DNA of 64,000 bases from Verrucomicrobiota bacterium (GCA_050010675.1 JBEKKN010000004.1:172-64171), one strand, 5' to 3'; shown: positions 17,788 through 27,320, numbered from the stretch's first letter. Notes: a model not told the origin generated them from the sequence alone. Program-made: numbers and translations.

Positions 17788-18900
17788 ATGCCGACGCCGT
17801 TGCCGCTCAATCCGGATTTGAAAAGTCTGCCGGTGTACCAGCCGGGTCGGCCGATTGAAGAAGTGGCGCGCGAACTCGGCCTGCCCGCCGCAGACATCAT
17901 CAAGCTGGCGTCGAATGAAAATCCGTTCGGCCCGTCGCCATTGGCGCTGGCCGCGATGCAAAAGGCGCTCGCGGGCGTGAATCTTTATCCCGACGGCAAC
18001 GCGTTTTACCTCAAACAAAAGCTCGCCGCCAAACTCGGTGTCGAACCGATGCATTTGATTCTTGGCAACGGCTCAAATGAAATCATCGAGTTCGCCGGAC
18101 ACGCGCTGCTCAGTGGCGATGGCGCCACGGCCACTCCGGACGTGGTGGTTTCGCAATATTGCTTCGCGGTTTATCCCATCGTCACCAAATTGTTCGGCGC
18201 GAACCTCATTACCGTGCCGGCGAAGAATCACGGCCATGACCTGGCCGCGATGCTCCACGCCATCACGCCGCACACGCGCATCGTGTTCGTGGCCAACCCC
18301 AACAACCCCACCGGCACGCTCGCGCCGCGCGAGGAAGTCATCCATTTTGTCAACGACGTGCCGGACGACGTGCTGCTGGTCATGGACGAGGCATACGTTG
18401 ATTTTCTGGACGATCCGCTGGATTTGGTCTCACTCGTCCGCCTAGGCACGCGGCCGAACCTGATTTTGATGCGGACGTTCTCGAAGATTCATGGGCTGGC
18501 CGGTTTGCGCATCGGGTACGGCATCGGCAATCCTGAATTCATTGCTGCGCTGGAAAAGATCCGGCAGCCGTTCAACATCAATCTGCTGGCGCAAACCGCT
18601 GCGCTCGCCGCGCTGGATGACGTCGAACACGTCCATAAAACCCGCGCGAACAATTTTGCCGGGCTGAAGTTCTTCGAACAGGCGTTCCGCAATCTGAAGC
18701 TCGAATACGTACCTTCGCACGCCAATTTCATTCTGGTCCGTGTCGGCGACGGCCAGCACGTGTTCGAAGCGCTGCAACGGCAGGGCGTGATTGTGCGTCC
18801 GATGGGCGGTTATCAATTGCCGGAATGGATCCGCATCTCCATCGGCACGCCGCCGGAAAACGAGCGTTGCCTGGCAACGTTGAAATCCGTCTTTAAATAA
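17788..18900 (+). CDS. hisC: histidinol-phosphate aminotransferase
   Basis: KLASNENPFGPSP, ANPNNPTG and MRTFSKIHGLAGLRIGY (PLP lysine) are present. Confidence 0.9.
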   Translation: MPTPLPLNPDLKSLPVYQPGRPIEEVARELGLPAADIIKLASNENPFGPSPLALAAMQKALAGVNLYPDGNAFYLKQKLAAKLGVEPMHLILGNGSNEIIEFAGHALLSGDGATATPDVVVSQYCFAVYPIVTKLFGANLITVPAKNHGHDLAAMLHAITPHTRIVFVANPNNPTGTLAPREEVIHFVNDVPDDVLLVMDEAYVDFLDDPLDLVSLVRLGTRPNLILMRTFSKIHGLAGLRIGYGIGNPEFIAALEKIRQPFNINLLAQTAALAALDDVEHVHKTRANNFAGLKFFEQAFRNLKLEYVPSHANFILVRVGDGQHVFEALQRQGVIVRPMGGYQLPEWIRISIGTPPENERCLATLKSVFK

Positions 18901-18933
18901 AAATCCGGCACGTTGCAAGGCACGGCATTTAAA

Positions 18934-19118
18934 GCCCCGTCAGGGGCGAAATCTTTGTAGAAAATATTCAGATAAATCTTTTAAGCTCCATCGGAGCGAC
19001 ATCTTCCACGGACGAATTATTTTCAAAACGAACCTGAATGATTCCTGGAATATGCCGCCCCGCTGGGGCTGGAATTCGTTTTGGTTGATTAGCTACAAAG
19101 ATGCCGCGCCTACGGCGC
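18934..19118. repeat. MITE-like element: imperfect terminal inverted repeats sharing CTACAAAGAT, enclosing four 5-bp GC hairpins
   Basis: The reverse complement of the left end is CTACAAAGATTTCGCCCCTGACGGGGC and the right end is CTACAAAGATGCCGCGCCTACGGCGC. Internal hairpins are GCTCC-ATC-GGAGC and GCCCC-GCT-GGGGC. It sits between the convergent genes hisC and lemA. Confidence 0.45.
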
Positions 19119-19182
19119 TATGCTCTCGGCTGGGAAAAACGGGTAGAACGCGTCACTCCGTGCCGCCCTACGAAATCTCCGA

Positions 19183-19761
19183 CTACGACGTCGCAAAATC
19201 CACGTTCGGCACGTCCCGGACCGACGGCGGCACGCTGAAAAAGTCGCCCTCCGATTTGAAACCGAACGTCTTCGCCACCAGATTGCCCGGGAAGATTTCA
19301 CATTTGTTACGGTAGTCGCGCACGTTGCCGTTGTAAAACCGGCGCGCGGCCTGAATCCGGTCCTCGGTGTTGACAAGTTCCGTCTGCAGCTTGAGAAAAT
19401 TCTGGTCGGCTTTGAGCTGCGGGTAATTTTCCACCACCACGAGCAGTTGTTTCAGCGAGTCTACGAGTTGGACTTCGTCGCGGGACTGGTCGGCCACCGT
19501 GCCGTTGTTGGCAGCGCAGCGGTTGCGCAGCTCGGTCACGCGCTCCAGTGTCTCGCGTTCGTGCGCGGCATAGCCCTTGACCACGGCCACGAGGTTCGGA
19601 ATGAGGTCGTAGCGGCGCTTCAATTCCACGTCCACGTCACTCCACGATTCGCGGATGTAATTGCGCAGGGCGACGAGCGCGTTGTATTGCGCCAGCACAT
19701 AAACGGCCGGCAACAAAATGACGGCCGCGCAAACAATGAGCGTGAGCAATTGTGGACTCAT
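19183..19761 (-). CDS. lemA: LemA family protein
   Basis: An N-terminal TM helix is followed by QYNALVALRN...VDVELKRRYDLIPNLV...NYPQLKADQNFLKLQTEL...ENRI...ARRFYN. Confidence 0.9.
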   Translation of the reverse strand: MSPQLLTLIVCAAVILLPAVYVLAQYNALVALRNYIRESWSDVDVELKRRYDLIPNLVAVVKGYAAHERETLERVTELRNRCAANNGTVADQSRDEVQLVDSLKQLLVVVENYPQLKADQNFLKLQTELVNTEDRIQAARRFYNGNVRDYRNKCEIFPGNLVAKTFGFKSEGDFFSVPPSVRDVPNVDFATS

Positions 19762-20447
19762 ACGTTTGTGAACAGATATTCCGGCAGGCGCGACCGGATT
19801 TCCACCTGCCGTTGCAAATTGGCGGCAATCTGTTCGACGGACAGGCGGGTGTTGAACGCCAGCGCCAGCACCTGATTTTCGATTTCGACGCTCAAGTCGC
19901 GGTTGGCCAGCAGGTATTCCATCATCTGCGCGTTGCAGACGTCGTAGGCAAATTTTTTGTCCGGTGACCGCACGCAGAAGGCCTTGGAAAATTCAGCCGA
20001 CTCGAACTTGATGTCCTGGTAGCCGAACGCCTCGGCGACCTTGGTGAGGAAATTTTCACGCCGGATGGTCAGGTCGGGGAAAACCGCGGGGAGCGTCAAA
20101 ATGAAAAAGGAAAGCCAGTGATGATGTGTCTGGCGTTCCCCTTTACCTTCGGTGTAGGTTTCATAGTGATAATCAAACGCCAGGACCTGGTTTTGTTGAT
20201 AGGTTCCGGAGAGGACGTTGCAGGCATAGCGGTTTTCGCCCTCGGCCAGTTCTTTGAGAAAGCCGTAGCGGTCGGCAAGTTCATGATCTTCCGCCGGACT
20301 AAAATCCAGGCTCAACCGTTGCGCCAGTTCAAACAGTCCCTCCTGCCGTTTACGCGCCTGAATAGCACCGTAAATGGCGCCAATCGCGGCCACGACGAGC
20401 ACGGCGACAATCACAAATGGCATGACGAATGGCATTTGGATTTGCAT
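19758..20447 (-). CDS. membrane protein co-transcribed with lemA (possibly DUF3137-like)
   Basis: It has an N-terminal TM helix and a 4-nt overlap with the lemA start. The family assignment is from memory of LemA neighbourhoods and is unverified. Confidence 0.6.
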   Translation of the reverse strand: MQIQMPFVMPFVIVAVLVVAAIGAIYGAIQARKRQEGLFELAQRLSLDFSPAEDHELADRYGFLKELAEGENRYACNVLSGTYQQNQVLAFDYHYETYTEGKGERQTHHHWLSFFILTLPAVFPDLTIRRENFLTKVAEAFGYQDIKFESAEFSKAFCVRSPDKKFAYDVCNAQMMEYLLANRDLSVEIENQVLALAFNTRLSVEQIAANLQRQVEIRSRLPEYLFTNV

Positions 20448-20617
20448 GCAACTCTTCTAAGCCAAAATCGCGGGCCGGGCCATTACAATTTCAACCCCTT
20501 TCTCCACCCCGGCGACCATCCGGCGGGTAAAACCCGTTTTGAGTTATAAATAATTGTTTGAATCCCGCCAAAAACCGAATACTTGTTTGGCGTTGCCGAT
20601 TTAATGATTAGCCAAAC

Positions 20618-21898
20618 GTGAAACCGAACGACCTGCGGGGCATCCTGCAATACATACCGCAATTTCGCGACAAGACGTTCATCCTTGCGATTGACGGCGC
20701 GATTGTCACCGACGAGAACTTTGCCACGCTGCTGCTGGACGTGGCGGTGTTGCGGTCGCTCAGCATCCGCGTCGTGCTCGTGCACGGCGCGTCGGCACAG
20801 ATCAAGGCGCTCGCCGAGGAACAAAATGTCCCGCCGTCCAATCTCGACGGCTCCGGCATCACGGACGCCGGCACACTCAAGCTCGCGCTCACCGCCGCCA
20901 ACCGGCTCACCCACGAAATTCTCGAAGGCCTTTCAGCCAATGACCTGCGCGCCGCCAGCACCAACGTCATCATCGCGCACCCGGTCGGCATCATCCAGGG
21001 CGTGGACCAATTGTTCACCGGCAAGGTCGAGCGCGTGGATGCCGCGCTGTTGCAAACGTTGCTGGCACAGGATGTCATCCCCGTCATTCCGCCGCTGGGG
21101 TTCGACGGCGACGGCAAGACGTATCGCGTGAATTCCGACGGGGTGGCCGTGGCCGTGGCCGAGGCGCTCAAGGCCATCAAACTTATTTTCATCACAACCC
21201 AGGACGGTTTGCGCTATAACAATCAACTTATCCGGCAGATGCTCGTGTCGGAGTTGCAAAATCTATTGCAACAAAACAGCCCGGGATTTGTTCCGGAAAT
21301 CCTATCCAAGGCGCAGCACGCCGCCCAGGCCTGCAAGTCCGGTGTCCCGCGCGTCCACATCATCAATGGTAAGGTGGACGAGGGGCTGCTGGCGGAGGTG
21401 TTTTCCAACGACGGCATCGGCACGCTCATTTACGCCAACGAATACCAGCAAATCCGGCCCGCCCGGAAAAAGGACGTGCGGGCGATCCAGTTGCTGACCA
21501 AGAAGGCGGTGGAAACGGATGAACTGGTGAAGCGCAGCAAGGCGGCCATCGAAAAAAATCTCGGCGACTATTACATCTTTGAAATTGATAAGAACCCGGT
21601 TGCATGCGTGGCGTTGCACGTTTATCCCGAACAGAAGAAAGGTGAACTGGCGTGCCTTTATGTGGACTCGTCGCACGAAAACCAGGGCATCGGGCGGAAG
21701 CTGATCCAGTTTGTCGAAAGCAAGGCGCGCGAAATGGGGTTGGGCGAACTCCTCACGCTCTCGACCCAGGCGTTCACCTATTTCCAATCGAAGGGCGGCT
21801 TCGGCGAGGGCACGCCCGAGGATTTACCGCCCGCCCGCCGGGAAAAATACGAGCAAAGCGGCAGAAATTCCAAGGTGCTGGTCAAGAAATTGAAATAA
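20618..21898 (+). CDS. argA: amino-acid N-acetyltransferase (N-acetylglutamate synthase), amino-acid-kinase plus GNAT domains
   Basis: The kinase-fold N-terminus reads FILAIDGA...VLVHGA...IPVIPPLGFDG...YRVNSD. The C-terminal GNAT region reads LYVDSSHENQGIGRKLI. GTG start. Confidence 0.85.
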   Translation: MKPNDLRGILQYIPQFRDKTFILAIDGAIVTDENFATLLLDVAVLRSLSIRVVLVHGASAQIKALAEEQNVPPSNLDGSGITDAGTLKLALTAANRLTHEILEGLSANDLRAASTNVIIAHPVGIIQGVDQLFTGKVERVDAALLQTLLAQDVIPVIPPLGFDGDGKTYRVNSDGVAVAVAEALKAIKLIFITTQDGLRYNNQLIRQMLVSELQNLLQQNSPGFVPEILSKAQHAAQACKSGVPRVHIINGKVDEGLLAEVFSNDGIGTLIYANEYQQIRPARKKDVRAIQLLTKKAVETDELVKRSKAAIEKNLGDYYIFEIDKNPVACVALHVYPEQKKGELACLYVDSSHENQGIGRKLIQFVESKAREMGLGELLTLSTQAFTYFQSKGGFGEGTPEDLPPARREKYEQSGRNSKVLVKKLK

Positions 21899-21904
21899 CC
21901 GACC

Positions 21905-22450
21905 GTGCCACAAAATCCTTCAGCTTTACTGGTGGATGGTCTTCGCGCCTGCCGCTGGCTTGGTGTTCCGACAACGCAGCAGGTTTTCCTCGTGAACGTC
22001 GTGGAACAATCCGTTTCAATTTTTGAAAAGTTTAGAGCGTCCTGGCATCTGGTCGGCAACGTGGCTTGTTCCACTTCGCGTTTCGGCATCGGCCAGACGG
22101 AAGGTTCGAATTGCACGCCGCTCGGTTTACACCGGATTGTGGAAAAAATCGGCGGCGGCTGGCCGGGCGGAACGGTCTTCAAAGGCCGCCAGCCGATTGG
22201 CTACACCTGGAAAGGACTGCCGGACGCCAAAATCACCACGCGCATCCTCTGGCTGGAAGGACTCGAACCCGGCTTCAATCGCGGCGGGAACGTGGATTCG
22301 CACGCGCGCTACATTTACATCCATGGCACCGCCGACCAGATGAGCATCGGCAAACCCGCTTCCTGCGGGTGCATTCATCTGGCCGACGCGGACTTGATTC
22401 CACTCTTTGACTTGCTGCCCAGTGGAACGCTGGTGTGGATTCAAGCGTAG
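21905..22450 (+). CDS. L,D-transpeptidase (YkuD) domain protein
   Basis: IYIHGTADQMSIGKPASCGCIHLADADL resembles the catalytic HG..(S/T)HGC(I/V)R motif. Confidence 0.7.
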   Translation: MPQNPSALLVDGLRACRWLGVPTTQQVFLVNVVEQSVSIFEKFRASWHLVGNVACSTSRFGIGQTEGSNCTPLGLHRIVEKIGGGWPGGTVFKGRQPIGYTWKGLPDAKITTRILWLEGLEPGFNRGGNVDSHARYIYIHGTADQMSIGKPASCGCIHLADADLIPLFDLLPSGTLVWIQA

Positions 22451-22540
22451 GCCAGGATGCCTCGTCAAGCGTCCGGAATCGAAAATTAACCACGGATACG
22501 CAACCCGTTTTTCCTTCCCGGTCTTGACTTAATCGGGTGA

Positions 22541-22939
22541 ATGGCTGATGGTTGCGGCGTGCTCGTCCGTTTCGGCAAGATTTTTGTGATTGTGGCGCTC
22601 ATCACGACCACCGGCGCGCATTGGGCCGCGCTGCAATCGGTGGCGTGGACGACGATGCTCGCGGACAATTTGCGCACGCACTCGCTTTCCGAATCCGTGT
22701 CCCGCACGTTTGACGGCAATTATCCCTGTCCGATCTGCCGGGCCATCGCCGCGGCCAAGCAGTCCGAAAAGAAGAGCGAATTCACGGCCCAAACGCAGAA
22801 GCTTGAATTTACACCGGCCCAGGAAAACTTCGTGCCGATTGCCCCGTCGCATTTTCAACTTTTGCCGGTCGCCAATGCCTTCGCGGAATCGCTCAGCCAA
22901 CCACCACGGACCCCTCCACCGCGCAGTTTCTTCGTCTAA
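22541..22939 (+). CDS. small membrane-anchored hypothetical protein with HW...LQ..AW and CPxC motifs
   Basis: One N-terminal TM helix (IFVIVALITTTGAHWAALQSVAWTTML) is followed by ...NYPCPICRAIAAAK... It is the first gene of the putative copper cluster. Confidence 0.55.
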   Translation: MADGCGVLVRFGKIFVIVALITTTGAHWAALQSVAWTTMLADNLRTHSLSESVSRTFDGNYPCPICRAIAAAKQSEKKSEFTAQTQKLEFTPAQENFVPIAPSHFQLLPVANAFAESLSQPPRTPPPRSFFV

Positions 22940-22953
22940 TTCGTTTTGATAAC

Positions 22954-22978
22954 GGGAGGGACGGCGTGTCGCCGTCCC
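22954..22978. repeat. GC-rich palindromic repeat unit GGGAGGGACGGCGTGTCGCCGTCCC (family 'GRDG'); possible terminator hairpin
   Basis: The 9-bp stem GGGACGGCG/CGCCGTCCC has loop TGT and lies 15 nt after the stop of 22541..22939. Related copies are at 30194, 30248, 33137, 33177, 63879 and 63907. Confidence 0.7.
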
Positions 22979-23078
22979 TGAATAAATGGGTTCGGCATCC
23001 TGCCGGCCCGCCTGATTGCTCCAAAAAATTAACTTTGAGATCCGCCATGCGGCGGGGTCTCACAACTTGGAATTTAAA

Positions 23079-24032
23079 ATGAAAAATAGAAAAAATATTT
23101 CTGCAGCAGTAAAAATGGGTGGTGGTTTGCTGGCCGGAATCCTCGCGCCGGGCGTGGTTCATGCCTGTGCGTGCGGTTGCGGCGTGTTTGACGTGGGCAC
23201 CAGTTCCATGTTTCCGGATGGCCAGGGTGGAATGGCCTTCCTTCAATACGATTACTCGGACCAGAACCGCAACTGGAGCGGCACTTCGGAGGCGCCCGCC
23301 GCGAACAACGGCGACAAGGAGATTGCCACGGACTTCATCACGGCCGGCCTCCAATATTTGTTCAACCCGAGCTGGGGGGTTCAGGTTGAAGTGCCTTATG
23401 ATTATCGCTCGTTCAAGACCACCAGCAACGCTCCGGGAAATCCGATTACGACGGTCAACTGGGGTGCTCTCGGCGACATCCGGCTCGAAGGGATTTACAC
23501 GGGATTTTTTGCGGACCAATCCGCCGGCGTCACGTTTGGTCTCAAGCTGCCGACCGGCGACTGGACCCACGAAAATTCCTTCGGTGACGTTGACCGCGAC
23601 AGCGAAATCGGGTCCGGCAGCACGGACCTGTTGCTGGGCGGTTTTCATCGCGGCAATATCACCCAAGATGAAAAATGGGACTGGTTCGCGCAGGGGGTGT
23701 TGGACGTGCCGGTGCTGACCCAGGCCGGATATCGACCGGGGGTCGAACTCGACACCGCAGCGGGAATCGATTACAAGGGATTTTCGTTCGGCCACGTACG
23801 GATTTCGCCGGTCGCGCAGGCAATCTTTTCCGAGCGCACGAGTGATAGCGGTTCCAACGCCAACCCGGACAACAGCGGCTATCAGCGGCTGATGCTGTCA
23901 CCGGGAATTGAATTCCACATTCATCCGGTGAAAATTTATACCGACGTGGAATTTCCCGTTTTTCAACATTACACCGGCAATCAACTCGCCGCGCCGGTGC
24001 TCTTTAAAGTCAGCATGAGTTTTATGTTTTGA
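23079..24032 (+). CDS. outer-membrane beta-barrel protein (MetA/phenol-degradation-like 'transporter' family) with an N-terminal CxCxC motif
   Basis: The signal peptide ends ...GVVHA, followed by CACGCGVFDVGTSSM. Alternating beta-strand patterns run to a C-terminal ...KVSMSFMF aromatic terminus. Confidence 0.6.
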   Translation: MKNRKNISAAVKMGGGLLAGILAPGVVHACACGCGVFDVGTSSMFPDGQGGMAFLQYDYSDQNRNWSGTSEAPAANNGDKEIATDFITAGLQYLFNPSWGVQVEVPYDYRSFKTTSNAPGNPITTVNWGALGDIRLEGIYTGFFADQSAGVTFGLKLPTGDWTHENSFGDVDRDSEIGSGSTDLLLGGFHRGNITQDEKWDWFAQGVLDVPVLTQAGYRPGVELDTAAGIDYKGFSFGHVRISPVAQAIFSERTSDSGSNANPDNSGYQRLMLSPGIEFHIHPVKIYTDVEFPVFQHYTGNQLAAPVLFKVSMSFMF

Positions 24033-24077
24033 TTCCCATCCCCACCCAAAAACAAAAACCAACAACCAAAAGGAACT

Positions 24078-24356
24078 ATGAAAAATATAAAATACCTCCT
24101 CGCCATTATTCTGGCGGTGGCCATCGTCGCGGTCTCACTCAGCAGCCGGGCGGATGAGCCAAAACCCAAACCGTATCCGCTCGACACCTGCCTCGTCTGC
24201 GACATGAAATTAGGAGGCTCAATGGGCGGCCCTTACGTGTTTGTCTATAAAGGGCAAGAAATCAAAGTCTGCAACAAATCTGAAGAGGCGGATTTCGATA
24301 AAAGCCCTGACAAATACATGAAAAAGCTGGCCGATGCCGAGGCCAAGCTGAAATAA
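24078..24356 (+). CDS. secreted YHS/TRASH-like small metal-binding protein
   Basis: A signal peptide is followed by DTCLVCDMKLGG...YVFVYKGQEIKVCNKSEEADFDKSPDKY. This resembles the C-x-x-C ... C ... F..nP..Y pattern of YHS domains. Confidence 0.55.
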   Translation: MKNIKYLLAIILAVAIVAVSLSSRADEPKPKPYPLDTCLVCDMKLGGSMGGPYVFVYKGQEIKVCNKSEEADFDKSPDKYMKKLADAEAKLK

Positions 24357-24364
24357 TAAACGGC

Positions 24365-25042
24365 ATGCCCGAGAAAGCCGGTTCCAAACCCTCCGATGGT
24401 GAGCGGCTGTTTTTCCAGGCCGCCATCATCCTGTCTTTGGTTTTTGGGACCGGCTTCTGGTTGTTGATGTATTCATTGAACAAACAGGAAGACCGGCCGG
24501 GAGCGCCAGTCGACGAAGGGCCGCCACTCGCCATGGCGCCGGATCATCCGCGTCAACTGGTCGATTTTTCCCTCACCAATCAGACCGGTCACGCCGTCAC
24601 CCGCGCGGACCTGAACGGTAAATATCTCGTGGTGAGTTTCCTGTTCACCAGCTGCTCGCTGACCTGTCCCATTGTGAGCAGTCAGATGGGTGAAATCCAG
24701 CAACTCACCACCAACCAACCGGACGTCCGGCTGATATCACTGACGGTGGACCCGGACGACGACACGGTGCCGGTGCTGGCGAAATACGGAGAATACTTCA
24801 CCGCCGACACCAACCGCTGGTGGTTGCTGACCGGCGACGACGCCGTGATTCACAATCTGATCGGCACCAGTTTTCTCGCGATGGACACCAATAGTGCTTT
24901 CGGCTACATGCCGGGCAATTTTGCACATATCGAGCGCATCGCCCTGGTGGATCCCCAGGGCCGCGTGCGGGACTATTTCGACGGCTTGAACAACGACACA
25001 CCGAAGGCCGTGGTCAACGAAATCCATCAACTAAGGAAATAA
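24365..25042 (+). CDS. SCO1/SenC family copper chaperone / thiol-disulfide oxidoreductase
   Basis: There is a TM anchor. YLVVSFLFTSCSLTCP provides the CxxxC motif. ...SLTVDPDDDT... and ...HIERIALVDPQGRV... are also present. Confidence 0.8.
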   Translation: MPEKAGSKPSDGERLFFQAAIILSLVFGTGFWLLMYSLNKQEDRPGAPVDEGPPLAMAPDHPRQLVDFSLTNQTGHAVTRADLNGKYLVVSFLFTSCSLTCPIVSSQMGEIQQLTTNQPDVRLISLTVDPDDDTVPVLAKYGEYFTADTNRWWLLTGDDAVIHNLIGTSFLAMDTNSAFGYMPGNFAHIERIALVDPQGRVRDYFDGLNNDTPKAVVNEIHQLRK

Positions 25043-25047
25043 ACCTT

Positions 25048-25950
25048 GTGAAATCAGCAGTCACAAAACCTTTGCGTCTTTTTTGGGCGGTTTTGCCGTT
25101 GATTGCCGCCATCACCAACCCTGCCAGCGCCACGCCCAACACCGACGACCGGACGGTTCAATCCTATCCCGCACACGGCGTTGTCGAACAAATCGCGCCC
25201 GACCGGAGCCAGGTCACCGTCCATCATCAGGCCATTCCCGGCTACATGATGGAAATGACGATGGCTTTTCCCGTCAAAGACAGCAACGAACTGAGCAACG
25301 TCTCGGCGGGTGACAAGATCACCTTCACACTGGTGGTGGGCCGGACCAATGCCTGGGTGGAAGATATTCATCGCGTCGGACACAATGACACCATCCCGGC
25401 CAACTCCATGCCCATGACCAGCGGCATGTTTTCCATGCTTAAGCTCGGGGACATGCTGCCGGACGGCGAACTGGTGACCGAAGACCAACATCATATCCAC
25501 TTCTCCGACCTCCGCGGAAAGGCGGTGGCGTTCACGTTCTTTTTCACGCGCTGTCCGTTGCCCAATTATTGCCCGCTGATGAACCGGAATTTTGACCAGG
25601 TGCGGACCCTGCTGCTCTCGGAGACCAATGCCCCGTCCAACTGGCAGCTGCTTTCCATTTCCTTTGACCCGGACTTCGACACGCCCCAGATTTTATCGGA
25701 CTATGCCGTTGAGTTTCGCGGCACCAATTCCGCCCATTGGCTCTTTGCCGACGCCACCACCAACACGCTGGCCGGCCTGGCTCCGCGCCTCGGGTTGATG
25801 GTCATGCGCCAGGGAGACAACCTGTCACATAACCTTCGAACCGTGGTGCTCGACCCGCAGGGCCGGATTTACCGTCAATTCAACGGCAACCAATGGACGG
25901 CCCAACAGCTGGCCGATGCGTTGCTCGAGGCAGCGCGGCAAAAGGACTGA
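25048..25950 (+). CDS. fusion of a CusF-like periplasmic copper-binding domain and an SCO1/SenC-like domain
   Basis: The N-terminal part VTVHHQAIPGYMMEMTMAFPVKD...GDKITFTLV is a CusF-type His/Met motif. The C-terminal part AVAFTFFFTRCPLPNYCPLM...LLSISFDPDFDTP... is SCO-like. GTG start. Confidence 0.75.
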   Translation: MKSAVTKPLRLFWAVLPLIAAITNPASATPNTDDRTVQSYPAHGVVEQIAPDRSQVTVHHQAIPGYMMEMTMAFPVKDSNELSNVSAGDKITFTLVVGRTNAWVEDIHRVGHNDTIPANSMPMTSGMFSMLKLGDMLPDGELVTEDQHHIHFSDLRGKAVAFTFFFTRCPLPNYCPLMNRNFDQVRTLLLSETNAPSNWQLLSISFDPDFDTPQILSDYAVEFRGTNSAHWLFADATTNTLAGLAPRLGLMVMRQGDNLSHNLRTVVLDPQGRIYRQFNGNQWTAQQLADALLEAARQKD

Positions 25951-26033
25951 TTGGTGGAAGGTTCGCCATTCGCCATGGCGATGATGGAATTTCCCATTTT
26001 TCACTTTGGCTTTTTTAGCGTATTATCCTGGCC

Positions 26034-27320
26034 GTGACCTTGACGGAACAAATGACGCGACTGGCCAAACAGGCCAAGGCCGCGTCGCGCGAACTCGCGA
26101 AACTGACCACGCGCGAGAAGAACGACTGTTTGCTCGCCATGGCCGACGCCCTTGAAAACAATTCCGACGCGCTCCAGGAAGCCAACGCCCGGGACATGGA
26201 CGCAGCGGCGGAAAATGGCCTGCCATCCGCCATGCTTGACCGGCTCAAGCTGAATGACCAACGCATCGCCGCCATGGCCAAAGGACTGCGTGACGTCGCG
26301 GCGCTGCCCGACCCGGTCGGGAGGATCCTGAACGAGCGCATCCGTCCGAATGGCTTGAAGCTGCAAAAAGTTTCCACGCCCATTGGGGTCGTGGTCATCA
26401 TTTATGAATCCCGCCCCAACGTGACGGCGGATGCCGCGAGCCTGTGTTTCAAATCCGGCAATGCCACGATTTTGCGCGGCGGCAAGGAAGCGATGCATTC
26501 CAACCAGCTCATCGCGAAAACGATGATTGAGGCGGGTAGAAAAACGCTTGCCACATTTCCCGCGCACGCCATTCAGGTCGTGCCCGTAGCCGACCGCGAG
26601 GCGATTCCGGTTTTGCTCTCCCTCACGCAATATGTTGATTTGTGCATGCCGCGCGGCGGCGAAGGGTTGATTCGCGCCGTGGCCGAATGCTCGAAGGTAC
26701 CGGTCATCAAACATTACAAGGGCGTCTGCCACGTTTATGTGGACGCCGACGCGGATTTGAAAATGGCGGAAGCCATCGCCCTGAACGCCAAGGTTCAGCG
26801 CCCCGCCGTCTGCAATGCCATGGAAACCCTGCTGGTGGACAAGGCGATCGCGGCACAGTTTTTGCCGGCCGTCGGCCAGCGACTCAGCGAAAAGCGGGTG
26901 GAATTGCGGGCCGATGCGGATGCCGAAGCCATTTTGAAGTGCTCCATGCACAACACCAAATCCGCCATCAAACGGGCAACGGAACAGGACTGGTTCACCG
27001 AGTATAACGACTACATTCTCAACGTCCGTGTCGTGGATGGTGTGCAGCAGGCGATTGATCACATCAATTACTACGGCTCGGCGCACTCGGACAGCATCGT
27101 CACGAAAAACGAGTTACATGCGCAACAATTCCTGAACGAAGTGGATTCGGCGACGGTTTATTGGAATGCCTCCACGCGGTTCACCGATGGCGGCGAGTTC
27201 GGCATGGGCGCGGAAATCGGCATCAGCACCGACAAAATCGGCGCGCGCGGCCCGATGGGTCTGGAGGAATTGACCAGTTACAAATGGATCGGCATCGGCG
27301 ACGGGCAGGTGCGCGTTTAA
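26034..27320 (+). CDS. proA: glutamate-5-semialdehyde dehydrogenase (gamma-glutamyl phosphate reductase)
   Basis: GVVVIIYESRPNVT, GNATILRGGKEA, RPAVCNAMETLLV and HINYYGSAHSDSIVT are present. Confidence 0.9.
   Translation: MTLTEQMTRLAKQAKAASRELAKLTTREKNDCLLAMADALENNSDALQEANARDMDAAAENGLPSAMLDRLKLNDQRIAAMAKGLRDVAALPDPVGRILNERIRPNGLKLQKVSTPIGVVVIIYESRPNVTADAASLCFKSGNATILRGGKEAMHSNQLIAKTMIEAGRKTLATFPAHAIQVVPVADREAIPVLLSLTQYVDLCMPRGGEGLIRAVAECSKVPVIKHYKGVCHVYVDADADLKMAEAIALNAKVQRPAVCNAMETLLVDKAIAAQFLPAVGQRLSEKRVELRADADAEAILKCSMHNTKSAIKRATEQDWFTEYNDYILNVRVVDGVQQAIDHINYYGSAHSDSIVTKNELHAQQFLNEVDSATVYWNASTRFTDGGEFGMGAEIGISTDKIGARGPMGLEELTSYKWIGIGDGQVRV

Noticed and set aside
16611-17903. A 430-aa minus-strand ORF opposite the BioD-like/DRTGG gene. 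The same applies to 26001..27086 (opposite proA), 36474..37709 (opposite dus), 37946..39001 (opposite leuC), 40250..41491 and 42681..43427 (opposite the cytochromes), 48147..49127 (opposite argH), 55273..56199 (opposite the DUF255 gene) and 62131..63333.
   Set aside because: All are antisense to genes with clear family motifs and have biased, motif-free translations.
19052-19315. An 87-aa ORF, MPPRWGWNSFWLISYKDAAPTAL....
   Set aside because: It is a translation of the MITE-like repeat running into the antisense of lemA, so it is not a gene.
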